From the NCBI GenBank assembly GCA_001662655.1, contig KV460255.1: a stretch of DNA of 64,000 nucleotides. One strand, given 5' to 3'. The position numbers and the translations under genes are program-made. The notes beneath the pieces were generated by a model. That model saw only the letters and a program-made list of their open reading frames with translations. It did no database searches and was not told the DNA's origin. Positions 1-12,598 of this stretch are shown piece by piece. The first letter of the stretch is position 1; each line of letters starts with the position of its first letter. The stretch is from Pseudogymnoascus verrucosus (taxonomy: Eukaryota).

Positions 1-326
1 CCAACAGGGCTCTCGCCTCGTTTGGAGAGTAGAAGGTCTGCCATTTCTTGCACAGCTTGTGGCCGGGGTGGAAATCCACGTGAATCTAGGTCGAGGATAT
101 ACTGAACAAGAGCTGACTCTTCGTACGGAGTCAATTTTCGTGAGTTAGGAGTAGAGTCGCGTCGGGAAGCCATTCCTTTAATCCGATCGAAGAGTGTTGA
201 AGAAGGCACGTCATATAATATAGCTGCTGCTCGAACACTCTTAATTTGGTGAAGTTTAATTGCTTGGATAGCTGATAGTATTCTATCCTCCTGTTTAGAG
301 GATTGGGCTTGCGTTGGTTGTGGCAT
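1..326 (-). CDS. Fot1/pogo-family transposase, N-terminal HTH (psq-like plus CENP-B-like) region, partial
   Basis: Hand translation from ATG 326: MPQPTQAQSSKQEDRILSAIQAIKLHQIKSVRAAAILYDVPSSTLFDRIKGMASRRDSTPNSRKLTPYEESALVQYILDLDSRGFPPRPQAVQEMADLLLSKRGESPV. No stops. S.RAAA..Y.VP.STL..R and KLT..EE..LV.YILDLD.RGFPP are typical fungal pogo motifs. Absent from the ORF track because it runs off the edge. Confidence 0.88.
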   Translation of the reverse strand, partial: MPQPTQAQSSKQEDRILSAIQAIKLHQIKSVRAAAILYDVPSSTLFDRIKGMASRRDSTPNSRKLTPYEESALVQYILDLDSRGFPPRPQAVQEMADLLLSKRGESPV

Positions 327-363
327 TGTAAATTACAGATGGGTTGACGCGTTTTGGTGTTTT

Positions 364-407
364 GGTGTCCGACCCGCTTGTGTGTCCGACTCGCTTGTGA
401 AATACGT
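364..407. repeat. Transposon terminal inverted repeat containing two tandem copies of GTGTCCGACYCGCTTGT
   Basis: GTGTCCGACCCGCTTGT then GTGTCCGACTCGCTTGT, ending in ...GAAATACGT. The partner TIR lies outside the window. Confidence 0.75.
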
Positions 408-409
408 TA

Positions 410-900
410 ACTAGAATGTTATATGTAAGCAAACAAAAAACCCTTTTAGTACATAATAACATAACATGTAATAATCTAGAACACGTGTTATAAAGGGTAA
501 AATTACTTAACGGTATTAATTAAATGTGGAATAGTACGCCATAGGTTCATACGAAGAAATGAAATTTATAGAAACACATAATGTTTTCCTTCTAAGTTAA
601 AGCCCTATAAAGTTAATATACTAGTAGTTAAGTAGTTAATATGATGTTAGCAAGCATAGTTTAGTAATTGAGATATTTTTGGTAATCTAGCCAATTATGA
701 TGTTGACTGCTGCTAAAGTCGATATAATTGCAACAACGCTAAATGAACTTACAAATACAGTCTTAAAATACTCGAGTCTGCCTAGGGTAATTAACCAGTT
801 TACTATTTTTGCACCCTGGTTCTTAGTTAGCCTAACTTTGTTTATAGGAAATAATTTCATCATATCATCCCTCAACAACAAGTGGTAATATTAACAGAAA
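410..900. other. AT-rich, TpA-rich degenerate island (RIP-like relic)
   Basis: Visibly much lower GC than the flanks, with abundant TA/TAG/TAA and no credible ORF. Confidence 0.55.
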
Positions 901-1085
901 GTCGGGCATTTTCATGCAAAACCCTCGTGTATACTAGCATCTGATGTTACATGTCAAGTTTGGATTGATTGCTTCTATCTATCTATCAGAGGAAACAGTG
1001 TAGTCTTCGATATATACATGATTGACATGTTCCTGTGCCCCGTAACGAGTGACGAGTTTGCCAGCCTGACGTCCTGATGGTTATT

Positions 1086-1356
1086 CTATCGATAAAACTA
1101 GTGCCGTGGGTGGGAAGTGACGAGCTCAAAACCGAGAAGCTCTGAAAATACAGGAGCTAAAAGTTGAGGAGCCAGCTGGAGCTGTGGAGCTGGAGCTTGA
1201 GGAACCGGTGGCAGCTATGAGGCCAACAGACAAGCTCCCATTCAGCGACTAGCTGCCGTAGAGGAACCAGAAATAGTGGAGGACGAACCAGCAGCTGTGG
1301 AAATCCAAAGTAGGGACCTCGACAACTGTAGAAGTGGTTTGACCAAAAGGAGATAA
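1086..1356 (+). pseudogene. Possible degenerate fragment of an acidic Glu/Pro/Ala-rich coding sequence
   Basis: Reads ...LKIQELKVEEPAGAVELELEEPVAAMRPTDKLPFSD*, then after a frame change VEEPEIVEDEPAAVEIQ.... Repeated GAGGA(A/G)CCAG motifs, interrupted by stops. Confidence 0.3.
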
Positions 1357-1389
1357 CCGAGGATATATCACCACTTTGGAAACCAACGA

Positions 1390-4111
1390 TTATTCGTCGG
1401 TTGGCGTCTGGGAAGGATATTCCCCTGGAATATGCATGTGAGTGGTGTTAGAAGAAGACGTATCATTGTCAGCATATCGAGGTCCGGAAAACGAGTGGCT
1501 TTCATGGGCTGTGTTTGGAAGGCTTGTCGCTTGCTCTAGACTTTTTGACTCTGGAAACTCGGGACGTTGCTCTGCTAAGTGATTCACAGCAGTGATAGTA
1601 TTTAGCCCAGCCACTGATGGTACGATCGAAGAGTAATCCAAATATGGCTGTGAATGAGTGTTGGCGTTCGCCGTTTCTGAGATGACAGGGTGGATGGTTG
1701 CTCGGGATGCCGCCATAAGACCTGAGGCCTCATTCCCAGTCGTGGTAGGCCCTGTCTGTGCAAGATGTTCCTGCAATGCGGGATCGTTATTAGCGGCCAT
1801 ATATTCTACCCGAGAACTGGGGGTCGATTGGTTGAATTGACGCTCGAGAACAGGAATCTGTTGATAGTTGCTATATTCAGCTAACCCCTTTTCATCGACG
1901 GCCGTTTTATTCGTCAAGGGTGATCCCTGTGGGTTCTGGCTTCCAAGCGGTTGATAAGTGTAAGGGTTTAGCCCATCTTCGACGGCGAATTGATCTAGTT
2001 GTGTCGCGTGCGATGGTCTAGCTCCATTTGAGGTGCCGTGACCGGAATGTGACGATGCTTGAGAGATGATGCGATTCTCCGGGAAATATTCACCAGTACC
2101 GCCTCTCGCTACATTTGAAGTAGTAGAGATTTCGTTCCGAATTTCATTGTTTCCTAAGCTTGAGTTTGCACTAGACGGCGAAAGAGGTACTTGTAAGCCA
2201 CGAGAAGGGTCCACCTGGATGTCGGACGGGAATCTCCCACCTGGTTCCGGCCGCTTGGCGTTTTCTTGTTTATTGGCAACTTGCACGACAGCAGAGTTTG
2301 AAACTGTTGAGAACGGCTCCTCGTCTTCCTCGTCCATAACCCCGTCACTGCTTACAGATGCTGCTCGCTGGGAGGCAGCACTGAAGCTTCGGGCGTGTGA
2401 ACGAACGAATGCATTTCGTTCCTGAGGTGCACTTTCTGTCAATGACTTGATATCATCATACCAAGCCATCATCGTATCGTAGCTTTCCGCTCGAAACACC
2501 CAGGAATGGCCTCTATGGAGAGATCCAGTTTGGCGTCCTTTTAGCATGAATTTGTTCGACGACCCACCTTCCGAGGAATGGGATCCAAGCTTCTGCTCAG
2601 GGAGATAAAGGGACATTATAGGAGCTTGAGATTTGTCCGCGGTTTTGAACTCATGTAGATGTGTTGGTGACAACACATACCATCCGGCAGTATAGCTTTT
2701 CAAGTACTTGCTCTTACGCTCCAGCAAACCTGCTCGAACTTCCTGGGCAAGCTCGTGGTCGCGGCCTGGGTAGTGAATGTTTTCAACACTGCGCATAGGG
2801 ACTCTGGGATCAACGAAGTGCTCATCTGACTCGATAAAACTGTTCCACTCATAGTCTCTAGGCATCGCAATCGGACCCGTTCTGAGGTTCTGTATCGCAG
2901 TGTATGCCTCGTCAGCATCACGTTTCAGTATGCCAGTGTAAGCGTTGTAAGCTTTCTGGATTTCTCCCACTACAATAGACTCAAGCTCTCGGCCAGATGT
3001 TTCCAAGTTAAGGTATGCCTTCATATGTTAGGGCCTGGAATTATTTGCTGGGTTGGTGTTGGCTTACCTGGTGGAGATAATTCTCTTCATCAATCTGCCT
3101 CTCGAGCTGGCGCTCAACTGCTAGTCTCAGTAAGTATGGATCTTGTTTTCCTGTCATCTGCGATGCATCAATGTCGGATTGGCCTAGCGAATCTCCCAAT
3201 ACGCGCACAGCCCTTCTTGTAGTATCCATTTCCCTGTCAACAGAGTTTTTGAAGTCACCAGACAGATTCTTGATCTCTTTGATCTTTTGTTGAAGGTCAC
3301 TTCGTAAACCAGTCAAGGCTTGCACCACGTCTTCTTGGATCATTCGGGCTTTGCTTGACTCTGTGATTGTCTGTTTGTGGTAATCACGTAGTATCTGCAT
3401 TGCTTCGTTGATGCCATTAGACTGGAGGAAATTCTCGGGCGCGCTGATATTGTTGGCAACATTTGATAGTTTTAAGATGCTCTTTCCTCTGTGGTCGTAT
3501 CCGTTCTGGATCTCTCTAAAGTAGACAATGAGATCCTTCAAAAATTTCCTCCACGCTGCTCACGCCAACATTAGCAACGGTTTGTGTAGCATGGAGAGAA
3601 GCAGTGCACGGCTGATACACGTACCTGTAAATCTATTCGCAAGCGCCTCTGTTGGGTTACCGGTAGTCGGCACAGGAGAATAGAATGCGCTGTGAATCTC
3701 ATCCGATGGCTCTGGCTGCAAAGCCAAACTCCTTACGCTACCAGCTCGGGAACTCCGACGGCTGCTGCTTCGCCTCAGCGAAGCTTTCTTTTTAAGTGTT
3801 CCCCCTCGTCGTGGGAGCAATGGGTCACCTTGCGACATAACAGAGGGCGTATGTTTCGATTGGTAGCGCTCAGTGTCAATGATCGAGCTGCCCCGCTGGC
3901 TGGCGTCCCATTCTTCATTGAATTTTCCGTAGCTTTGATAGGAAGCGTTTTGTGACAAAGGCGACTGATCAACACCATTTCCTCCAATTAGACTGCGGTC
4001 CGGCATGATCGAGTCCTTGGTTGAGAGCATGAGAGGGGCTTTTGTACTCGTGCTATATCCTGTTTCTGCACGTTGCTGTGTAGCACGGCTCCCCGATGGA
4101 AGAGATGACAT
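1390..4111 (-). CDS. SLM1: Slm1/Slm2-like BAR-PH domain protein (TORC2/eisosome effector); 3 exons
   Basis: Exons 4111-3625, 3555-3068, 3018-1390, with GT-AG introns joining ORFs in frame (LANRFT|AWRKFLKDL; YLHQ|AYLNLE). PH motif GLLERKSKYLKSYTAGWYVLSPTHLHEFK...WVFRAESYDTMMAWY. Confidence 0.85.
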
Positions 4112-4737
4112 GATGTATTCCTCTGCGACGCAGTAATATTGAACGAGTTCGGAATGTCGAAAGCATTAATACCAATTTAGGCAGGTTGGGAACGTTGGTG
4201 TACTCCGCACCGAGGTCGTAGTTTTTGGTCGCAAAGTGAAGTGGATATCTGCCTGTCAAGTGAAACAACGACAGCTGCTTGACGACAAGATAAAATGTAC
4301 ACTGGTTGGCATTGGGCGACACCGAGTATCAGTGGTATTTGCGTTGGGGCGGCAATAGAGAGGTAAACTTGGTTGATAACATCCTGGGCCTGGCACTCAG
4401 CCGAGATTGGCAATAGTGATATGATGACGACGTTCCAAAGCACTGGAACTCAGGGATCAGGGACAAATCAACAAGATCTGCATCACATGACCTAAATTGA
4501 CTATCGTTTTCTTTCGAACGCCCCATTGTTGGCATACAGAGGTGGATATACGTGGATATATTCTACTGATGCTAAATTTTAGTAGTACGACCTTAAATCA
4601 TGTCTAAGTTCACTTTGTTTCCTACCAGTTGTTCTAGTTTAACTCGGGTTTTTATTGTTATGTAGCTACCATTTACTTCATTGCCATGGGTTCTCATCCG
4701 GCTTATATTCTTGAATTTGACCGGAACTACACACTGT

Positions 4738-7134
4738 CTAGGCCTTTGAAACCTCAGCCACCTTTGCATCGTTGGCTGCGAATGGGTTTGCTGTGCCCTT
4801 CTCGTCCCTCAGTGCAATCAGCTTCTCCTTTGCTTCCTGGAGAGAAACTGGCTTGCCCCGGTCTTGGCTCGAAGTATCATCGCGGTTTCTGATGTTGACC
4901 TCCCTATTCTTCATTTCTTGGTCACCAACAACTTGTCACAATGTTAGCCATCAATCCTCAGTAAGTGCATGTTACGAGATCTTACCGAATATAAAGTTAT
5001 ACTGGGCTAATTGACCAGTACGAATCTTCTTTTGAAGAGTGTTACCGCTCAGATCAACATCGACAAAAAACTTCAGTTTGTGGAAGGCTTCTTGAACCTC
5101 CTTCGCGTACTCGTAGAAGCCAACGCCGACCGGGATGATCAGAATCTGCCGTGGGCTGAGCCAGAAGGGCCATTTGCCTCCAAAGTGCTCAATCAGAACC
5201 GCAACGAAGCGCTCAATACTCCCAGCCATCGCACGATGGATCATGACAGGTCGGGCGCAACCTGGCGTAAGGGCCTTCGCCTTATCCTTCTTAGACACAT
5301 CCTTCTCTGCTGTATCCGCTGTCGCAGCAATATTCTCTCCCTTGTTTGCTTCGTCCCTTGGCTTCATAGCCCCCTCTGATGTCATGTATTCAAGACCAAA
5401 GTTCTTAGGAAGTTGGAAGTCGAGCTGAAGCGTTGCGCATTGCCAGTCACGCCTCATCGAGTCAGAAATCTTGATATCAATCTTTGGTCCATAAAATGCG
5501 GCATCTCCGTGATTGTACTCCCATGGCGTTCCACCGGGAGACTCTGCAAAGCGATCTAGCGCTGCCTTCAAGCTGGCTTCGGCTCTGTCCCATTCGGCAA
5601 GGTCACCCATGAACTTCTCAGGATTTCTTGTCGAGAGCTTCATCTTGAAGGTGAAGCCGAGGAGGCCATACATGGTGCGAAGGAAATCGAATAATCCTTC
5701 GATTTCATCAACGATTTGATCTTCACGGCAGAAAATGTGGGCATCGTCCTGCTGGAATCTTCGGACTCTCGTCAATCCCGTAAGTGCACCAGACGCTTCA
5801 TTGCGATGCAACACACCGAAGTCAGCAACTCTCCATGGCAACTCGCGATGACTTCTCTCGCGATGAGAGAACATCAAGCAATGTCCTGGGCAGTTCATTG
5901 GCTTTAGTCCAAACTGCTCCTTTTCTACATCAAACGTAAACATATCATCCTTATAATTCTGCCAATGCCCAGATGTTTTCCAGAGCTCAGAATTGTACAT
6001 ATTTGGAGTGATAACTTCTTCATATCCTCGGTTCCAGTACTCATCCCGCAAGAATGTCTGAATGGTGTTGTATATGCGAGCCCCGTGAGGCAGCCACATT
6101 GCTGAACCTGGTGACATTTCATGGAAAAAGAAGAGCTCTTGTTCCCTGCCGATCTTTCGATGATCGCGCTTAGCAGCCTCCTCAAGGAATTTCTTATGCT
6201 CTGCCATCAACTTTTTGTCAGGGAATGAGACACCATAGATGCGTTGTAGAGAGTCTCTCTTTGGATCACCGAGAAAGTAAGACGCCGAGTTCTTCATGAT
6301 CGCAAATGTTTCAATCCTGCCCGTATTGGGAACATGCGGTCCCCTGCACAGATCGATCAAGGGTCCATTTCGGTATACCGTGGTCTTTGGTTCTGTCACC
6401 TTCTCTTTGATGACGTGTTGCTTGTATGGGTTGCCCTTGAACATTTCCAGCAAGTCCTCCTTCGATATGACAAGTCTCTCAAACTGTTGTTTCTCCTTCA
6501 CGATTTTGCTGAATAGTGTTTCAATCGGCTTCCAATCCGACTGCTGGACTGCAGCACCCCCAGGGAGGGCCATCTCATAATAGAAGCCGTCATCGATAGG
6601 TGGCCCAAAGCAAAGATTGCAACCGAATCTCCGCTCAGAGGCCTCACCTAGAATATGAGCACTTGAGTGCCAGAAAACCTTCCGGCCCTCCTCATCTTCA
6701 AATGGGAGCAATTCCAAGCTACAGCTCTCCTCTAGTGGCCGCTCGAGATCCCATAGCTGGTTGTTGTCGCCGTTGAGCCTTGCAATGACTGTGCGCTTGA
6801 GTAAACTATTCGAAATAGCCTTTGCGATCTCCGAAGGCGTTGTCTCCCATGAAGTTCCTTCCTTGATGCTTCCGTCTTTCATGGTAATCGTAATCGGTTC
6901 ACGGGGTTTGGCGGCAAGTTCAACCTCATATTCAGCCTTCAGTTTTTCGAATATCTTGATCCTGTGGGATATGAAGTCCGGCTCAGGACTGAGTTCCAAT
7001 GGCCCAGATGCCCCGCCATCGTCCCCGCTCTTTTTCTCCTTCTTGGGCTTTTGTTGTTGTTGTTTCTTGTTAACAGCTAAGTTATTGACGCCTTCCTTGA
7101 CAGCGTCAACCGCATCTTTAACGGTGTCTGCCAT
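4738..7134 (-). CDS. THS1: Threonyl-tRNA synthetase (cytoplasmic type); 2 exons
   Basis: ATG 7134 (MADTVKD), intron 4985-4932, last exon [18 protein letters not shown]...KA*. Motifs: TGS domain, [44 protein letters not shown]. Confidence 0.96.
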
Positions 7135-7420
7135 GCCGACGGCCTTCTGGATTGTATCGTTTGGAGATGGGAGAAAGTGGTGGGGTGAGTCAAATTGTTG
7201 TCGGTGTCGCTTCGAAGTACCTGATAATACCAACCAAACACAGAATCACGCTAACTGCGGGGATCTAGTTGAGAAACTAGTCCGTATTAAGTTTAGTTTC
7301 TTGACACAAAATAACTTTAGATCAAGTCGACCTTTTTACGTGCTAAGGTTGCCGAATATTCCAATAAAATTTGGGATACCAACAACACCGACAGCAACTA
7401 CCACCCCACCAATTCGCAAT

Positions 7421-8176
7421 ATGTCGTTCAGAGGTGGCTCCAGAGGCGGTCGCGGTACCGGTGCGAATTCATTCGGAGGTGGAAGCAGAGGAGGCGGCGG
7501 GTTTGGGGCTCGTGGTGGTGCGTAACAGTGTTCAAGTCATCGCACAACTAGAACATCAACTAACGTCTACCAGGCGGTCGCGGTGGTTTCTCTAGGGATA
7601 TGGGGCCTCCAGCCTCAGTCTTGGAGTTGGGATCTTTCCTGCACGCATGCGAGGGCGAAATGGTTTGCGAATCTACCAACACGAAAATTCCATACTTCAA
7701 CGCACCCATCTACCTCGAGAATAAGGTGAGATTTACTGCTTGAGCTCCAATTACGTATGCGTATATATGCTAACATATTACAGACCTCGATTGGCAAAGT
7801 TGATGAGATCCTTGGCCCAATCAACCAGGTTTACTTCACCATAAAGCCAACGGAGGGAATTCAGGCTGGTTCTTTCAAATCAGGCGACAAATTCTTCATT
7901 GGCGGCGATAAGCTCCTGCCCCTTGAGAAGTTCCTGCCAAAGCCAAAGCCAGCACCTGGCGCACCAAAGCCAAAGCGCGCTGGCGGTGCCAGAGGTGGAC
8001 GAGGTGGCCCAATCCGTGGTGGACGTGGTGGTGGCTTCTCTCGAGGCGCACCGAGGGGGAGAGGTGGATTCAGTGCTGGAGGCCGCGGTGGCTCCGGATT
8101 CTCTCGCGGTGGCAGTGGTGGCTTCTCGAGGGGTGCACCGAGGGGCCGTGGTGGATTCAGCAGAGGAAGAGGTTAG
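7421..8176 (+). CDS. GAR1: H/ACA snoRNP subunit Gar1; 3 exons
   Basis: Exons 7421-7517, 7574-7725, 7784-8176. RGG-rich termini flank the core [55 protein letters not shown]. Confidence 0.96.
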
Positions 8177-8511
8177 GGATGGCGGTACATCACAGAGTGG
8201 GGTTCTAGGCGTTTTGATCACTTGTCTATTTCAGGTTCTCTGTGTACAAAAGTCACAGCTGCCATAGTTGGCTGGCATCTATCGAGTTGAATGACATTAC
8301 TTAAAATCTATTGAATTGGGTATTAATAGTCGTTGTCTGCATAATCACTTGTGCGACATCAATTTATGAGTAAGACGTCGCTTCTACAGCTTATCCGATT
8401 GTGTCTTCGCTCCATGACCCTGGTATCGGATCCAAATATGACCTGGTCCGAACGACGAGCTCTCATCGTTGTTGCCCAAGCCAATATGCAAAACATAATC
8501 GTAATGCTTTG

Positions 8512-10029
8512 TTATTGATCGCCAGTGTTCTCGAGCTTGATGGGCTCTTTCAGCTTGGTTCTCCTCCGTGGCGGCGCCTTTGGCGGTATCTGTTTATCTC
8601 GATGAGAAGTAGCTGGTGGCATCGCAAACTTGACGCCATCCGAGCGGTTTCTTTTATCCACGCCATCTGCAGCGGCTTCTAGAGCCGCCTCTGTCCTTCG
8701 GCTCGGCGTCTGAATACCGGGCTTCTCTGTGAGACCAGCCAGGTCAACAACACTTACAGAGCTTTCCGTTTGGCTGCTGGGCAAACTAATCCCGAGCAGC
8801 TTTCTCGAAAGGTCTGCATCATTTGTATCCTTCCCTTCATTCAGCCAGGGGACCTGCCCCACTCTACTAACAAGCCGAGTTGTCGTCTCGTCAGCTGGCG
8901 CAAAATGAGCATTCCCCGACCCACTGAGTAGAGCAAGAACCTTTAAGATTTCATTCCGCTTGTAATGTGGCGGTTGTGCTAGCTGGGTATGGGCTAGCAG
9001 AGGATATAGCACTCGGAGATAGGTGTGCCGGAGAGAAATGAGTTCGTTTGGCAGATCTAGAAGGTTTCGAATTATGACATCGAGAAGTACTCGCAGATCG
9101 TTGGTATAGAAGTACTCCCGGGTCGCTTCAGTGGTGAAGAGAAGGTATAGAAGTTTCAAGATGAGGAGCTGCAGTGAGGTCTCTGTTTCCCTATTTAGGA
9201 GAAGAATGATGTTTTCGCCGAAGGTCATATAGTTTTGCCCGCACACACTGAGGACCTTAACGACTCGGTTTGTTGTAGGGACAGAGGTAGCATCTGGTGC
9301 AGTGGTTGCAGCGACCATATACTGTTCGTTGAGCACAAGCTATGATTATTAGTAGTGAACGGCAGATTTGGAGCAGGTTGAGATTACCAAGACTCGAATG
9401 ATTGGGTAGTGGTAAGGGTCATTAACGTCGTCGGAGAGCTCTTCAATAATCTGGAATTGGCATTTAACAAAGTCGTCATCCACGTGGCTGAGGTCTTCCA
9501 GGCTCAGTTTCTGCATTCTAGACATATCATAGAGCAATTCTAGCAGCAGCCTGTGCAATCTCGAGTCTTCATCCTTCGCACACTTTATTAACTCCACAAG
9601 CCTCGCAAACGAGCCTTCCTTATTCATAATCTTGAACGTGTCCTCGTTTCGCCGTCCATCGTATAGGAGAAAACTGGCTATAATGTACAAAGTGGCCAGT
9701 TCATCTTCTTGGAGGAGACTATACACGAGCTGTATGCGGACATAGTCTTCGTTGGCCCTGAATAGCTCACTCTCCAGGAGTTTCGCTATGGAACTTGCAA
9801 CGGCGTGGTCCGAAGCAAGGTATTCGTCCTTGAAGTTCGTAGTGAAGTGCAGATATGTCCGCAGTGCTTGGTCGATCAATTGCGACGAGTTGCACTGTAC
9901 TGAGCATATGTCATCTAACTCTGTTCAAGTAACCTGTCAGCTAAGATCAACCATGGAGTCATGGATAAACAAACCATCCCAGAATTGCTGCTCATTATCC
10001 AAAGAGTATGAGACCACAAACCCCTCCAT
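8512..10029 (-). CDS. LDB17: Ldb17/SPIN90-family actin/endocytosis regulator; 3 exons
   Basis: Exons 10029-9975, 9920-9388, 9339-8512. Motifs [54 protein letters not shown]-terminal PPKAPPRRR. Confidence 0.82.
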
Positions 10030-10567
10030 CCTAGACAGGCCGGGAGACCTCTGACGAAATCATTAATCAGTGGAGAAGCATCCCGATTCCCTGGATAATC
10101 TTCAGAACTCGCGGGGTAAGTCGAATCCAAGGTTCTGTGCTAGTTATCTTCAGAGCACAATAAGTGCGGGCAAGACTTGGTGCCGTGACGTGAACCGTGC
10201 AGTCGACAACGATCCCCTCCACACAACGCTAGCTTAGGCAGGTAGGTGGGCTTGGCCCAACATCACCACAATCAACCTGATAGACAAAACCGTAGGTATT
10301 ACTATCATTTCTTCTACATATACATATCATCATGCAATTACTGTATAACTCCCGCGCACCGAATATAAGACATTGAATAACCCAACCCTTGAAATTACTG
10401 CTTGAGGTATAAAGCACTGCTCTTTACTTCCTTATGGTTGGTCGTGCCTGAATAGAAAACAATATCTATATACTGTACATGGACCTTCTCCCTGCCTATT
10501 ACAGAATTTCAAATGGACGCCATATTTCGCCTTCCCTTTCCTTCACAGACCCTCCCTACCCATTCCA

Positions 10568-12175
10568 CTAGCCGAATGGAAAGCCATTTTGAAACTGAAA
10601 TTGGCCTCCGCCTCGTGATCCCTGTTGGTGGAAGAACTGCTGTTGCCCTCCAAATGGATTGCCATGTTGGAATGGGTTTCCTTGTCTGCTTTCATGACTA
10701 TTTGGGTCATCACCGCGATCGAACCTTTCCTTCAGCTCAGGGTCGGAGAGAACCTCGTATGCTTCATTGATCGACGCCATCCTCTTCTCCGCATCTTCCT
10801 TTGTGACTCCATTTCGTATAGCCTTATCTGGGTGGTGCTCTCTCGTCTTCCGCCTGTAGGCAGATTTGATTTGAAGTTCATCTGCATCTTTGGGCAGGCC
10901 AAGAACCTTATAATAATCCTTCTCCTTGCTACGCTTCAATGCTATCTGAGCAGCCTGGAGCTTGGACTGGATGTTCTGATTACCAGGGTGATGCTCATTT
11001 GCAAGGTTGAGAGTATTGATGCATGCCTCATAATTTTCTTCGTCGCAAGACTGCTGAGCCTTTGCAAGAAGCCCGTGGAGTGAATGCTCGTTCAGCTCTA
11101 GCGCCTCTGTGCAATAAATAGACGCCTTCTTACTTTTCACCTATATAGGTTATTAGCGGAAGAATACAGCGAAGATGGGTCGGAAACTAACCTCTGAATA
11201 AGCCTCGCACGCCATCTCAACCATCTCGGTGTAAAGATTACTTGGGGCCTTCGCGGGGATCGTGTTTGCATCCCTCAATTCTGCGATCTCTTCCTTTATC
11301 TCTTGGATAAGGCCTACATCCTCTGCACTGCCGGCAAGATACTTTGCTGCGGTGCTAAAAGACTTCTTTTCGAATAACTTTCTAATCTTTAAAAGCTGCT
11401 TGTTGATTTGTTTCTGTCGTCGGTAAAGTTTTGTGCAAGTCTTCGAGTCTGGATCTGAATGCAGGCATTTCCGTATTTGGGTCATTCCCCTCTCGGTGTC
11501 GCCAAGTGAGAAAAACAGTACTGAGGATATTTGGAGATGCGGATCGGTATCCCCTGGTTGCATCTGCAACACATGAGCAAGATCACTTATTCCCTCCTGC
11601 ACCTCACCCCGCTCGAAGCGGCATCGAACTCGAAGTTTTCGTAATGCGAGGTTTTTATTGGCGATCATGATGGCCACTCCAGCCTGTGTAATGCACTCAT
11701 CGTAGTCTGCCCGTTTCTCAGCATCCACAGCCAACTTCGATGCTCCTTCTGCCTCTTCCAGTTCTGTGACCTCAGCACCAGTGTGCCCCGCAGCCAAATA
11801 GTCTTCCTTCGCAGCATCCCAGTTGCCGCTTTTGCTCTTTATCTTGGCACGTTGTATAAGAGCCCCTTCAAACCCAGGTTTGATAGTCAGGACTTTATCG
11901 AAGTCGGATTGCGCCTGAGTTGTTCGCCCCAGCGAGAGATAAGTTGCGCCACGCTTGAAGAAGGTAAGGTAATTGCTTGGGTCGCGCGAAATAGCAACGT
12001 CGTAGTATGTCAAAGCATCGCTTGTCTGGCCCATCGCCAAGTGGGTATTGGCGGAATTGAGCAGCGAAGAAACTGGAACATCATCGGGAATCTCAGATGG
12101 AGTGATCGCCGCCACGAGCGACTGTGATGATAAGAGGCCGGCAGCGACTGCCAGCACAGAAATCTGGACCATCAT
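10568..12175 (-). CDS. JEM1: ER-lumenal TPR plus J-domain co-chaperone (DNAJC3/P58IPK/Jem1-like); 2 exons
   Basis: Signal peptide, TPR repeats, intron 11191-11141, C-terminal J domain KDYYKVLG...HHPDK...INEAYEVLSDPE. Confidence 0.9.
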
Positions 12176-12598
12176 CTTGTCCCGTTTTCAAGAGCCGCGA
12201 TCCAAGATCCAAGATCGATAATGTGTGATACTAAAATATATACAATCGGCTCTCAAAGGATCTGAGGATCTGGTGGACTTTAAAGTTCAAGACGAGGCCA
12301 CCTTTCATTTCGCAACCTTGTGGACTGGCCCTTGTCAAGCACCAATCAAACTTAGCGCCCGAAATAGCACCAGGCAAGGCTGAGATATAGCTCGATAATC
12401 AAAACATTTGGTCACATGAATTGTTCTCAAACGGTGAATCAAGCAGACATATTCAAGGGAATGCAACATTGCGATGCTATAAATTTTTGAGAAGAGCTCA
12501 TAAAGAATCAAGGCAATCCGTGTGCTTGGCTTGGTTGTCTCCCCACCACCTCTCCTGGTCCGTCAATACCTCGGTCCTGCCCTGCGGATTATTTCACC

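Larger units (their letters stand above)
1..407 (-). mobile_element. 5' end of a Fot1/Pot2 (pogo-like, Tc1/mariner superfamily) DNA transposon; continues beyond the window start
   Basis: The minus-strand terminus reads TA|ACGTATTTCACAAGCGAGTCGGACACACAAGCGGGTCGGACACC: an ACGT end, a flanking TA at 408-409 and internal direct repeats, as in Fot1-family TIRs. A transposase-like ORF follows. Confidence 0.85.

Noticed and set aside
6761..7525. 254-aa plus-strand ORF overlapping ThrRS and running into GAR1 exon 1
   Set aside because: Antisense shadow of ThrRS with a non-ATG start; only the last part (from ATG 7421) is the real GAR1 exon.
12296..12306. HacA/UPR-element-like sequence upstream of the DNAJC3/JEM1 gene
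   Set aside because: Minus-strand AAAGGTGGCCT mismatches the recalled CANRNTGKCCT consensus; too weak to call.
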